Assembly (NCBI GenBank): GCA_040755995.1
Contig: JBFMAF010000035.1
Location: forward strand, 128,001-192,000
DNA length: 64,000 nucleotides
Origin: Acidobacteriota bacterium
GTDB taxonomy: Bacteria; Acidobacteriota; CAIWXX01
Direction: 5' to 3'
Of the stretch, positions 1 through 10,542 are shown piece after piece (within the stretch, counting starts at the first letter, position 1; every line of letters starts with the position of its first letter). A program made the translations under genes and the position numbers. Below the pieces are notes generated by a model. It made no database searches, was not told where the DNA came from, and was given only the letters and a program-made list of their open reading frames with translations.

Positions 1-156
1 ATCGGGAAGGGGCGTCCCATGCTTCTCGATCGCCGGAATCCCGAGGTGCGCCTCGACCCATACGATATCCACCCCCGCCGCCTTGATCACCTCGACACAC
101 GCGCCGCATACCTCGGGCCCGATACCATCCCCTTTGATCAGCACGATTTTCCGCAT
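1..156 (-). CDS. Isocitrate/isopropylmalate dehydrogenase family protein, N-terminal part (runs off window)
   Basis: Manual translation from ATG at 156: MRKIVLIKGDGIGPEVCGACVEVIKAAGVDIVWVEAHLGIPAIEKHGTPLPD. GDGIGPEV is the family N-terminal motif. Not in the ORF track. Confidence 0.85.
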   Translation of the reverse strand, partial: MRKIVLIKGDGIGPEVCGACVEVIKAAGVDIVWVEAHLGIPAIEKHGTPLPD

Positions 157-210
157 GCGTTCCTCACGATCGAGCGGTCCCCGACCCCTATCCTCGTCTG
201 TCAACCGCTA

Positions 211-1503
<1,293 letters not shown>

Positions 1504-1599
1504 CTAAACGTCGCTCATCACCATATCCATGCACCCCTGCACGAGGCTGTGGCTTCCTGGCGGAAGCAGTGCGATGCTACGGCGACGAGTACCCCTGTT

Positions 1600-2751
1600 C
1601 TACAGGCCGGCGTCCTTCCGGAGCGACTCGGCCTTATCGGTCCTTTCCCAGGTGAACTCAGGCTCCATGCGCCCGAAGTGTCCATATGCCGCGGTCTTCC
1701 TGAAGATCGGCCTGCGCAGCTCCAGGTGGTCGATGATTCCCTTCGGAGTCAGAGGGAAGTGCACGCGCACGAGCTCCTTTATGCGGTCCTCGTCTACCTT
1801 GCCGGTGCCCAGCGTGTCGACCATGATGGAGACGGGATCAGGGTAGCCGATGGCGTAGGCGAGCTGGAGCTCGAGCTGATCGGCCATTCCGGCGGCGACG
1901 ATGTTCTTCGCGATGTAGCGGGCCATGTAGGAAGCCGAGCGGTCGACCTTGGTCGGGTCCTTGCCCGAGAAGCAGCCGCCGCCATGGCTCCCTACGCCGC
2001 CGTAGGTGTCTACGATGATCTTCCGGCCGGTCACACCTGTGTCGCCGTGAGGTCCGCCGACAACGAAGCGGCCGGTCTGGTTCACGAAGTAGCGGGTCTG
2101 CTCGTCGCGGAGCTCCGAGGGTATGACATGGTTCACGACCATGTCGATCACGTCTTCGCGGAGCTCCTCGGTGGGCACCGTCGAGCTGTGCTGTATGGCG
2201 ATGACGACCGTGTCGACGCGCACGGGCTTTCCGCTGTGGTACTCCACCGTGACCTGGCTCTTGCCGTCGGGCCGGATGTACTCCAGCAGCCGCTCCTTGC
2301 GCACCTGCGTGAGGCGCATACAGAGCTTGTGGGCGAGCGTGATCGGCAGAGGCATCAGCTCCGGTGTCTCGCGGCACGCGTAGCCGAACATCAGTCCCTG
2401 ATCTCCGGCGCCGCCGATGTCGACCCCTTGAGCGATGTCCGGCGACTGCTCCTGAATCGCCGAGATCACGGCGCAGGTTTCATAGTCGAAACCGAACTTG
2501 GCGCGTGTGTAGCCGATGTCCTTGATTGTATCTCTTACGACCCTGGGGAAGTCGACATACGTGGTCGTCGATATCTCGCCGGCGATAAAGGCGAGCCCTG
2601 TGGTGACCAGCGTCTCGCACGCGACGCGGCCCTTCGGGTCGTCTTTCATCACCTCATCCAGTATCGCATCGCTGATCTGGTCCGCGATCTTGTCCGGGTG
2701 CCCTTCGGTCACCGACTCAGATGTGAATAGGTACTTTCCGTTCTTGGCCAT
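1600..2751 (-). CDS. metK: S-adenosylmethionine synthase
   Basis: Motifs [40 protein letters not shown]. Confidence 0.98.
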   Translation of the reverse strand: MAKNGKYLFTSESVTEGHPDKIADQISDAILDEVMKDDPKGRVACETLVTTGLAFIAGEISTTTYVDFPRVVRDTIKDIGYTRAKFGFDYETCAVISAIQEQSPDIAQGVDIGGAGDQGLMFGYACRETPELMPLPITLAHKLCMRLTQVRKERLLEYIRPDGKSQVTVEYHSGKPVRVDTVVIAIQHSSTVPTEELREDVIDMVVNHVIPSELRDEQTRYFVNQTGRFVVGGPHGDTGVTGRKIIVDTYGGVGSHGGGCFSGKDPTKVDRSASYMARYIAKNIVAAGMADQLELQLAYAIGYPDPVSIMVDTLGTGKVDEDRIKELVRVHFPLTPKGIIDHLELRRPIFRKTAAYGHFGRMEPEFTWERTDKAESLRKDAGL

Positions 2752-2802
2752 TCTTCCTCCTTAGACCTCCTCGTGCCTGGCGGCCGGGCAAGGCAACCAG
2801 CA

Positions 2803-2832
2803 AAACTAGCACATTGATTCGAATGCAGTCAA
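2803..2832 (-). promoter_or_regulatory. Putative sigma70 promoter of metK
   Basis: Minus strand TTGACT-N18-TAGTTT with an extended -10 TG, about 50 nt upstream of the ATG. Confidence 0.5.
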
Positions 2833-2835
2833 ACG

Positions 2836-2879
2836 CGATCGCGATTCCGATTCTGCGATTCTGATTCCGATCTCGATTG
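2836..2879. repeat. Degenerate GATTCY short tandem repeat
   Basis: cgatcgcgattccgattctgcgattctgattccgatctcgattg, directly after the extended methyltransferase stop. Confidence 0.6.
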
Positions 2880-2886
2880 CACGGTC

Positions 2887-3636
2887 TCACCGCACGGCGC
2901 GGACATCCACGGCGAGGACGGCCGGATGCTTCGTGCGGGCGTTCCTGCTGCATCGGATCATGAGCGCTTCACGGAAGCCTGCCGCCCTGAACTCCTCCAG
3001 GAAGGCTCCGCCTTCCATAGCGCCGGCGATTCAGGCAAACCAGGCGCGCTCGTCGACGGGTTCTGTCGCGGGCAGGGGCTCCTTCAGGATCAGCTCGGCC
3101 GCGTGCAGAACGCCGCCGGGGCGGACGACACGTGCGAGCTCTCGGAAGATCGCGTCTCGATCTGGGTTGAGGTTGAACAGCCCGTTCGTGACGGCGACGT
3201 CGATCGACGCGCCGGCGATGGGGAGGGCATCGGCGGCGGCGAGGCAGAAGAGCATCAGGGGATACGCATCGCGAAGGCTGGCGCGGGCGCGGGTCAGCAT
3301 GGCCTGGCTGAAGTCGACGCCGATCACACGTCCGAGCGGGCCGGCGGCCCTTGCGGCGATCCACGCGTCCATACCGGCTCCGCAGCCGGCGTCGAGGACT
3401 GTTGCGCCCGGAGGGATGTCGGCGATCATGGTGACGTTGGAGACGCCGGTGAACGCATCCACGCACGGGGGCGGGCAGTCGGAGAGCAGCTCGACAGGGT
3501 AGCCCAGGCTGCAGGCGAAGCCCCGCCCCAATGGGAAGGGATGCGTCGCGTCCGGCTGCGCTGCGGCCCTCGAATAGGCGCGTCGCACAGCGTCGTGCGC
3601 CAGTTCAGGCCGGCTCCACGGAATTCGCACACTCAC
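2887..3636 (-). CDS. ArsM-like SAM-dependent methyltransferase, probable selenoprotein (in-frame TGA at 3031-3033 read as Sec)
   Basis: SAM motif VLDAGCGAGMD, then GVDFS and VRPGG. Reading through the TGA gives AWFA-U-IAGAMEGGAFLEEFRAAGF...DVRAVR* (stop at 2887-2889), matching the ArsM W..CIAGA....L..AGF pattern. The start may be GTG at 3630. Confidence 0.85.
3000..3016 (-). promoter_or_regulatory. Candidate bacterial SECIS hairpin
   Basis: mRNA GGAAGGC-GGA-GCCUUCC: a 7-bp stem starting 14 nt after the UGA, with a loop beginning with G about 21 nt after the UGA. Confidence 0.7.
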
Positions 3637-3665
3637 TTGATAATCCCCGTGTACCTGCGTGTCAA
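3637..3665 (-). promoter_or_regulatory. Putative sigma70 promoter of the methyltransferase (possibly leaderless mRNA)
   Basis: TTGACA-N17-TATCAA; an in-frame GTG at 3630 lies 6 nt after the -10 box. Confidence 0.55.
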
Positions 3666-3781
3666 GCGGTGATTCTGGTGGGTGACCTCGCCGGAGCGGT
3701 GGCGGGAGTATCGGGTGCCACCCTCAAGGCAGGAGGAGGACGGCACCGGAATGCATGGCTGCTGTCGATGCCGCTCGTGGT

Positions 3782-5362
3782 TTAACGCACCAGCAGCCTG
3801 CTGGCATCCGAGTAGAGGCTGTTCCCATATTGGTCTTCGCCGTACACGCGCCAGTACAGCGTGCCTTTCCTGCCGGAGAGGCTCTGGATCTTCTTCCAGG
3901 CCTTCTTGCGAGGAGTGCATTGCGAACCCTGGATCCACGTATCCTTCCCCGAGAGCGGCAGCGTGAGAACGTCCTTCGAGAAAGTGGGACGGCTGCAGAA
4001 CTGGATGCGGAATCTGTCGTACGGCGTGCTGTCCCAGGAGAACGTCGCTGTCACCTTTGACGAGACGGTCGCTCCGTCTGACGGTGCCTTGTTGGCGATC
4101 GCACCCATGCAGGCCGCGATCGGCCCGTGGAACTTGCTTGTTCCCGCGGAATCCACCTCTTCGAGCTTGTAGAAGAAGGTCTGGCCGAGAGCCACGGCTG
4201 GATCGGGCCAGGAGTAGCTCGCGCCGGTCGAGGTCCCTCCCTCTGCCGGGATCATCGAGTCGGTGATCCTCAGGTACTCGCCGTCCCTGGCCGGGCTCTT
4301 CCAGAGGTAGAAGCCGGCACTGTCCTTCTCCGTGGCGGTCTTCCACTGCAGCAGCAGAGCGCCGGCCGACGGCTTGCCCTCGAACGAAACGAGGCCGACG
4401 GCCGTCGTGCCGTTGACCGTGAGAACGTCAAGGCCGTAATCACTATTATAGTGGTAGCTGCTTCCGGAGAAATCATAGATAAGGCCAGAAAGCGTCCCGG
4501 TACCGGCAGAGACCACCTTGAGACGATATGTCTGGGATATCGGATTTCCGCCGGCCTTGTCGCCGGTGTAATTCGCCGGCCCTATGCAGCTCCTGTAGTT
4601 CGGTGACGTCGGGACGGCATCCCACCCGCAGGCATCGGCGTAGACCTTGTCGTTTGTGGCAGGCGGTGGCGGCGGAGGCTCGGGGTAGGTGACCCACGTA
4701 GTGACCAGCTGGAACATGGATTCAGGGAAGACGAGAGTATTCACGAGCTGTTCGTATCCACCGGTGGCTGTCTTCGAGTTCATGACGTAGTCGTACATCG
4801 CGCCAACCTTGACCGACGTTGCGCCCGTGATGCTGTTGACCTCGTTTCGGTTCTGGCTGACGAGCTTTTCGACATAGAGCTCGCGTGGGGTCGGCGTGCT
4901 CACCATCGGGGCGTTGATGGCCTGCGCTTCGATGTGGTACTGCCTAGTGGTGTTCCAGGCGCCCGTGTTTCTCGTCACAGTCACCTCGTAGTACACGTCC
5001 CAGGTGGCGCCGACGGCGAGCACGGTATCGCGAAAGATCGTTTTCGGAGCCGGGCCGTTGGTCAGATCGATGTAAGTGTTGGCGGAGTCCCAGAAGAAGG
5101 TGGCACTCGCAGTGGCCGCAGGGGAGCTCCCTGTGTTCGTGACCCTGGCCGCCACGAGAAAGCGGTCCGGACCGTCTGACACCTTGTTGCTGTCGAGACC
5201 GATCACGTTCCATGTGATCGGCGTGATGCTGAGCGTCGTCATCTGCGCCGATCCCGGGCCGGCCCCGACTGTCCCCATGACCACCAGGACCGACACACAC
5301 CAGGGCAGAATTCCAAACGATCCGCGCTGGATAGAATACCTTGACAAGTGCACCGATTCCAT
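3782..5362 (-). CDS. Secreted/surface beta-rich protein with a C-terminal Ig/fibronectin-like segment
   Basis: ATG at 5362 follows GAGGAG. Hydrophobic signal-like stretch, Thr/Ser/Tyr-rich body, and TAVGLVSFEG..LQWKTATEKDSAGFYLW..FFYKLEEVD segment. Confidence 0.7.
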   Translation of the reverse strand: MESVHLSRYSIQRGSFGILPWCVSVLVVMGTVGAGPGSAQMTTLSITPITWNVIGLDSNKVSDGPDRFLVAARVTNTGSSPAATASATFFWDSANTYIDLTNGPAPKTIFRDTVLAVGATWDVYYEVTVTRNTGAWNTTRQYHIEAQAINAPMVSTPTPRELYVEKLVSQNRNEVNSITGATSVKVGAMYDYVMNSKTATGGYEQLVNTLVFPESMFQLVTTWVTYPEPPPPPPATNDKVYADACGWDAVPTSPNYRSCIGPANYTGDKAGGNPISQTYRLKVVSAGTGTLSGLIYDFSGSSYHYNSDYGLDVLTVNGTTAVGLVSFEGKPSAGALLLQWKTATEKDSAGFYLWKSPARDGEYLRITDSMIPAEGGTSTGASYSWPDPAVALGQTFFYKLEEVDSAGTSKFHGPIAACMGAIANKAPSDGATVSSKVTATFSWDSTPYDRFRIQFCSRPTFSKDVLTLPLSGKDTWIQGSQCTPRKKAWKKIQSLSGRKGTLYWRVYGEDQYGNSLYSDASRLLVR

Positions 5363-5529
5363 TTCAGTCTCCTCTTGACTCCCGCCGGGTGTGGCTACAA
5401 GGGTGCCCCAAATCTCCATAGCCCAGGCCTGGATGCTGAAGCTATCCCCTCCGTTCTTTCTATCTCGCTGACTTGAGCGCCCCGTCTGTCCTCCGGGCAA
5501 CTCACTGGGGCTAACCTCGAGTCGCACTG

Positions 5530-5558
5530 ATAATAAGGGACGGGCGTGAGGCTGTCAA
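5530..5558 (-). promoter_or_regulatory. Putative sigma70 promoter of the secreted protein gene
   Basis: TTGACA-N17-TATTAT on the minus strand. Confidence 0.65.
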
Positions 5559-5690
5559 TGGTCACCGGCAGCTTCTAATCAGGTGGGAGTCTGATATTCA
5601 CATAGGGCGAAACCCTACTCGAGCACCCTTCGCCCTGACGGTCACGAGGCGCGACACCTTGTCGGATTGGCAAATTCGCAACTCACCCTC

Positions 5691-5729
5691 TTGACAGCAT
5701 GCTATCGTTGTGATATCATCGTGATATGA
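5691..5729 (+). promoter_or_regulatory. Putative sigma70 promoter with overlapping GATATC-type operator repeats
   Basis: TTGACA-N17-TATCAT (5691-5719). Repeated GCTATC, TGATATCA and TGATATGA overlap the -10 box and start site. Confidence 0.6.
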
Positions 5730-5744
5730 GAAAGGAGTTGTACC

Positions 5745-6626
5745 ATGATTCGTGAAAGGCAAGGATCGAGCTTACCTGGGCTGCCGACGATGATCATCCT
5801 GCTCGCGCTCACGGGCTTGACGATCCGCCATCTGATCGGTCGCATCCAGGAGGCCGAGGCCGGTGGTCCGGCTTTGCCGGTGATACTGACGATCGTTGCG
5901 TTGGCGATCGAGATCATCCTGCTGCGGGGGCCGTTCATTGTCAACCCGAACGAGGCAGTCGTGCTGCAGCTCTTCGGCGCTTACGCGGGCACGGTGAAGA
6001 CGCCCGGACTGCGCTGGTCGAACCCGTTCTATTCGAAAAAGCGCGTTTCGCAGAGAGTCCGGAACTTCGAGAGCGGCCACCTGAAGGTCAATGACCGCGA
6101 GGGAAACCCGATCGAGATCGCGGCCGTCGTTGTATGGAGGGTCGTCGACACGGCCGAGGCCGTCTTCCAGGTCGACAACTACGAGAACTACGTTCATGTA
6201 CAGAGCGAGGCTGCGCTGCGCAACATGGCCACGGCCTATCCCTACGATGCACACGAAGAGGGGCAGGTATCGCTGCGCGGGAGCACGGCCGATATCGCAC
6301 AGCACCTGAAGACGGAGATCCAGGATCGCCTGGCGAAGGCCGGGGTGGAGGTGATGGAGGCCCGGATAAGCCACCTCGCCTATGCGCCCGAGATCGCTGC
6401 GGCGATGCTCCAGCGCCAGCAGGCTTCCGCCATCATAGCTGCTCGTCAGAAGATCGTCGACGGGGCCGTGGGCATGGTCGAGATGGCGCTGGACCGCCTG
6501 GCTCGCAACCAGGTCGTCGACCTCGACAACGAGCGCCGAGCCGCCATGGTCAGCAATCTGCTCGTGGTGCTCTGCAGCGAACGTTCGACCCAACCCGTAG
6601 TGAACGCAGGCACGATCTACCACTGA
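5745..6626 (+). CDS. SPFH (band 7) domain membrane protein
   Basis: Two TM segments, then [60 protein letters not shown]. Confidence 0.92.
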   Translation: MIRERQGSSLPGLPTMIILLALTGLTIRHLIGRIQEAEAGGPALPVILTIVALAIEIILLRGPFIVNPNEAVVLQLFGAYAGTVKTPGLRWSNPFYSKKRVSQRVRNFESGHLKVNDREGNPIEIAAVVVWRVVDTAEAVFQVDNYENYVHVQSEAALRNMATAYPYDAHEEGQVSLRGSTADIAQHLKTEIQDRLAKAGVEVMEARISHLAYAPEIAAAMLQRQQASAIIAARQKIVDGAVGMVEMALDRLARNQVVDLDNERRAAMVSNLLVVLCSERSTQPVVNAGTIYH

Positions 6627-6636
6627 TGGAACGTGC

Positions 6637-6810
6637 ATGGCCGAGCGGAAGACGTATCTGCTCCGGATCGACCAGAAGGTGCTCACCGCCCTTCGTCAAT
6701 GGGCAGATGACGAGCTGCGGAGCCTGAACGGCCAGATCGAATATCTCTTGCGCGAGGCCCTCAGGGAAGCGGGCCGGCTGAAGGAACCGGAATCCAAGCG
6801 GGCGTCGTAG
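6637..6810 (+). CDS. Arc-like ribbon-helix-helix DNA-binding protein (57 aa)
   Basis: Manual translation MAERKTYLLRIDQKVLTALRQWADDELRSLNGQIEYLLREAL. The RSLNGQIE helix pattern is RHH-like. Shorter than any ORF in the track. Confidence 0.85.
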   Translation: MAERKTYLLRIDQKVLTALRQWADDELRSLNGQIEYLLREALREAGRLKEPESKRAS

Positions 6811-6826
6811 GGGCGTCGGGGGGTAG

Positions 6827-6862
6827 GTAGGGGCGAGGTCACCTCGCCCACCTCGCCCCTAC
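6827..6862. repeat. GTAG-family REP-like palindrome between convergent genes
   Basis: GTAGGGGCGAGG...CCTCGCCCCTAC: perfect 12-bp inverted arms. Confidence 0.7.
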
Positions 6863-7629
6863 GGCGCCGCCTTCACGTTCACCGCGATCTCGAAAACCTT
6901 CACCGGTTTCGCATCCTTCTCCCACGGGCGCCGGTAGCCGAGCTTCAATACGCTCGTGCCCATGCCGATCGAGTGGAATCTGATGATGCACCGACCAGGC
7001 GCTCCTACGAGATCCGACTCGCCCCTGGTAGCGGTCTCGCCCTGCTTCAGCACAGCCTCGTCCATCTGCAGGACCTCCCACGAGTAGCCGGTGCTGGGGT
7101 TGCAGTCCAGCGCGACCTCCAGCGCCGTGCCCAGAGGCATGTCCACGAGCGTCCCGTTGTCCTCGGCGCGGACTCTGACAACAGCCGGCAGCACTGCCAC
7201 CGTGAGCGCATACCTGGGTGCGGTATCGTCGTACGCAATGACGCTTATGGAGTAGTCTTGGGTAACGGGGGCCTCCCCGCGAAACTCCGCTACGGGCGGA
7301 TCATCTGCAAGAAGCACCGTCCCATCGGCTCCCGCGACGCCGAGCTTGATCTTCCCCCCGCTTCCACCTGTGGTCTTGACTTGCACGTCCAATCGCTGCA
7401 GCTTCCGCAGACTCACGACCCACATCTCAGCAGAATTGGGAGCGAGCTTGCCTTCGACCGTGACCGTATCCCTGCCCTGCTCGAAGGTGAGGGCCCGTTT
7501 GGATAGATCAGGCGTGACTGCGCGGGCCGCCGAGTCTCGGTCGGCCAGCGCCATGAGGGCGAACGCCGCAAGGGCGGCAGCCACGAGCAGTTGAGGAACC
7601 GTCGAACCGGAAATGAGCTGATAGTTCAC
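6859..7629 (-). CDS. Secreted protein with a C-terminal I42 (chagasin) cysteine-protease inhibitor domain
   Basis: NPSTGYSW, VGAPG and YRRPWE are chagasin motifs. Signal peptide present; GTG at 7629 follows GGAGG. Confidence 0.85.
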   Translation of the reverse strand: MNYQLISGSTVPQLLVAAALAAFALMALADRDSAARAVTPDLSKRALTFEQGRDTVTVEGKLAPNSAEMWVVSLRKLQRLDVQVKTTGGSGGKIKLGVAGADGTVLLADDPPVAEFRGEAPVTQDYSISVIAYDDTAPRYALTVAVLPAVVRVRAEDNGTLVDMPLGTALEVALDCNPSTGYSWEVLQMDEAVLKQGETATRGESDLVGAPGRCIIRFHSIGMGTSVLKLGYRRPWEKDAKPVKVFEIAVNVKAAP

Positions 7630-7698
7630 GCGCGCACCTCCTGGGATGCTAGGCACTCCCCATATTACCACATGAACCGGCGGCGGGGGCGATTGTGA

Positions 7699-7723
7699 CG
7701 GGACCGGGAACGGGTACGGGTAC
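7699..7723. repeat. CGGGWM hexamer tandem repeat
   Basis: cgggac cgggaa cgggta cgggta c; similar units recur at 52413-52470. Confidence 0.5.
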
Positions 7724-7840
7724 CTGCCAGAGGAGACCGTCACCGGATCGATCGGGCAGCCGCAACGCGCGACGGATTGACACCGGGTCTCACCGCGGCT
7801 ACAGTTCGATCGCTCGTGGATCGCGCAGAAAGGGCGGTAC

Positions 7841-9478
7841 TTGTCGGAACCACAACGCTCTGAGTCGCTCGTTGGCATGCTCATTCTCTGCGGAGGCCTT
7901 GCGGCTCTTCTGGCTGCCGGCTGTGGATCGGCTGGATCGGCGGCCCGCAACGCCATCCTCATCAGCGTCGATACTCTCAGACAGGACGCTCTCGGGTGCT
8001 ACGGCAACCCGGAGGTCAGGACGCCTTCGATCGATGCGCTGGCCAGGGACGGTGTTCTGTTCCGGCAGGCCTTCACGCATGCTCCGAGCACGCTGCCCTC
8101 TCACACATCAATGCTCTTCTCCAACTACCCGTGGAATCTGGGCGTTTTTCGCAATGGCGACAGCGTCCCGATGAGAGAGGATTCGATTCAGCAGATACTC
8201 AAGCAGCACGGCCTACGCACGGCCGCGTTCATCTCCCTGGCGGCCCTGAGCTCCTCGTACAAGCTCTCGCAAGGTTTCGATGAGTATTCGGACGTCTCGC
8301 AGCATGCGGCACGCCCGTACCTGTTCGCCGACGAGCTGAACGACAGGATACTCACGTGGCTGAGCGCGCACCATGAGGACCCGTTCTTCCTGTTCATCCA
8401 CTACTCCGATCCACACGAGCCATACATACCCAAAGATGCCCCGGCCGATGTCGAGGTGATACTCAACGAGCGTTCCCTGGGGACGTTCTGCTTCCCGAAG
8501 CGGGAGTATCACCACGTGGGCGTCGATCTCGACCCGGGAAGGAACTCGCTCGTCTTCAAGAAGATGGATCGCTCAGGCGCTCCCGTCGAGCGAGAGTACG
8601 AAATAGAGCAGCTGCGGGTCGGGCACGCCGCCATCCGCATGGCTGCGCAGGCAGGCGAGCTGGCTGCCGGCGACGAAATTCGATTCACGGATTCCGCCGA
8701 GCTGGTCCTGCATAACCCGACCAGCGCACCGATCGCGACCGAGATCGTCCTGCGCGGGAAGGCCTCACTCGGACAGCGCGAGACCAGGAGGAATTACCTC
8801 CGCGAGGTAGAGTGGGTCGACAGGGCAATCGGAGAACTGGTAGCCTGTCTCAGGGCCCACGACTGCTACGAGGACACCATCATGCTCCTGCTGGCGGATC
8901 ATGGCGAGGGGCTGGGCGAACACGCCAGCTTCGGCCATGAAAGCCAGCTTTACCTTTCACAGCTCAGGATTCCGTACGTCATGTTGGACCACAGGCACGT
9001 CGGCCTGGATGTGAGCTCGCCGGTCACACCTCTGGACCTGGCGCCCACCATTCTGTCACGCCTCGGCAAGACGCGGCCGCAGGCCTGGAAAGGTCGCGAC
9101 CTCAACGAGCTGCTCGATCACCCCGCCGAGTGGGACGGCAGGCAAACAGACATACTCTCGGCAACGTTCTACTCCGGTAGAGGCCAGCACGCGCTGACGA
9201 ACTGGAAATTCTCGGTTCTCCACCCGCCGCACCATCTCATAATCACGCTCCCCATGGAGCGCTACGAGTTCTATGACATCAACGCTGATCCCGGTGAGAA
9301 ACGGAACCTCATTCGCGATTCGGAGCACCCTGACGGTTATGACGAGCTGGTATCGTCGGCCCGCGAGCTTGCTCGACAGCTGGAGGAGCAGCTGCGACTG
9401 CGCAAGACACCTGATCTCTCTCCGGAGCAGATCGAACAGCTGAAGTCGCTGGGATACCTCGGGGAGACCGACCAGTGA
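7841..9478 (+). CDS. Sulfatase-like (alkaline phosphatase superfamily) lipoprotein
   Basis: ISVDTLRQD, TLPSH, DPHEPY, LADHGE, DPGEKRNL, LKSLGY; lipobox LAAGC. Start uncertain (ATG at 7877 possible). Confidence 0.88.
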   Translation: MSEPQRSESLVGMLILCGGLAALLAAGCGSAGSAARNAILISVDTLRQDALGCYGNPEVRTPSIDALARDGVLFRQAFTHAPSTLPSHTSMLFSNYPWNLGVFRNGDSVPMREDSIQQILKQHGLRTAAFISLAALSSSYKLSQGFDEYSDVSQHAARPYLFADELNDRILTWLSAHHEDPFFLFIHYSDPHEPYIPKDAPADVEVILNERSLGTFCFPKREYHHVGVDLDPGRNSLVFKKMDRSGAPVEREYEIEQLRVGHAAIRMAAQAGELAAGDEIRFTDSAELVLHNPTSAPIATEIVLRGKASLGQRETRRNYLREVEWVDRAIGELVACLRAHDCYEDTIMLLLADHGEGLGEHASFGHESQLYLSQLRIPYVMLDHRHVGLDVSSPVTPLDLAPTILSRLGKTRPQAWKGRDLNELLDHPAEWDGRQTDILSATFYSGRGQHALTNWKFSVLHPPHHLIITLPMERYEFYDINADPGEKRNLIRDSEHPDGYDELVSSARELARQLEEQLRLRKTPDLSPEQIEQLKSLGYLGETDQ

Positions 9479-10542
9479 TGCGGCAACAGCTGAGCGTCGC
9501 CGGATTCGAGCAGGTCGTCTCCTGCCGGGACGCGCAATCGGGGCTCCACGCTATCATCGCCATCCACGACACGACGCTGGGGCCGGCGGTGGGCGGTACG
9601 CGGATGATGCCGTACGAGACCGAACAGCTGGCGCTCGCAGACGTCTTGCGCCTGTCGCGGGCGATGACATACAAGGCGGCGGCGGCCGGGCTGGATTTCG
9701 GCGGCGGCAAGGCGGTAATTATCGGCGACCCTGAGCGTGACAAGACGCGAGAGCTGCTGCTTGCCTACGGCCGCTTCCTCGAGGCGCTCGGCGGCGCGTT
9801 CATCACCGGGGAAGACGTCGGAACGACTGCCGGCGACATGCGCTTGGCCGCGCATGAGACGCGGTATGCAATCTTTCCGCAGGCCGAGCTGGATCCGACA
9901 TGGGAGACGGCGTTCCTGACCGCGCGCGGTGTGATGCGCGGCATCGAGGCGTCCGCTCGTGAAGCGCTTGGCACGGGCAGCCTGTCGGGGTTGAGCGTCG
10001 CCGTCCAGGGCGTGGGCAAGGTGGGAGGGCACCTGGCTCGGATGCTCCACTCCGAGGCAGTGCGGCTGATGCTGTGCGATGTCGAGCGGGAGCGGGCGGC
10101 GAGCCTGGCGGCAGAGCTGGGTGCCGCTTGCCTCGAACCGGCGGAGATCTACGAGACTGCAGCGGATGTCTTCTGCCCCTGCGCGCTTGGAGGCGTGCTG
10201 AACGATGCGGTGATTCCGCGTCTCCGCTGCAGAATCGTCGCAGGTGCCGCCAACAATCAGCTTGCAGAGAATCGGCATGACCAGCAGCTCTGGGAGCGCG
10301 GCATTCTCTACGCGCCGGACTACGTCATCAACGCCGGCGGCCTGATATCGGCGCTGTACGAGATGGGCACCTGGGACCGGGCCGCGGTGATGGCGTGCAC
10401 GGACGCGGTCTACGATCGCCTGCTCGACGTCTTCGCCCTTGCGCGCAGGCTCGGTTTGCCCACGCAGGCCGCAGCGGATCGACTGGTCGAGGAGAGGCTT
10501 CAGCGGGCCCGCGCAGAGCCTCGGGCGACTGGACGGCCGTGA
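9475..10542 (+). CDS. Glu/Leu/Phe/Val dehydrogenase (leucine dehydrogenase-like)
   Basis: IAIHDTTLGPAVGGTR, MTYK, GGGKAVI, EDVG, QGVGKVG, GAANNQL, YAPDYVINAGG. Confidence 0.93.
   Translation: MMRQQLSVAGFEQVVSCRDAQSGLHAIIAIHDTTLGPAVGGTRMMPYETEQLALADVLRLSRAMTYKAAAAGLDFGGGKAVIIGDPERDKTRELLLAYGRFLEALGGAFITGEDVGTTAGDMRLAAHETRYAIFPQAELDPTWETAFLTARGVMRGIEASAREALGTGSLSGLSVAVQGVGKVGGHLARMLHSEAVRLMLCDVERERAASLAAELGAACLEPAEIYETAADVFCPCALGGVLNDAVIPRLRCRIVAGAANNQLAENRHDQQLWERGILYAPDYVINAGGLISALYEMGTWDRAAVMACTDAVYDRLLDVFALARRLGLPTQAAADRLVEERLQRARAEPRATGRP

Noticed and set aside
2752..2800. SAM riboswitch in the metK leader
   Set aside because: The inferred leader is only about 45 nt and I could not match any SAM riboswitch class consensus by eye.
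3031..3033. TGA as the true stop or as a pseudogenising nonsense mutation
   Set aside because: Disfavoured because it falls at a conserved Cys position with a SECIS-like hairpin and an intact downstream frame. Not fully excluded without finding sel genes.
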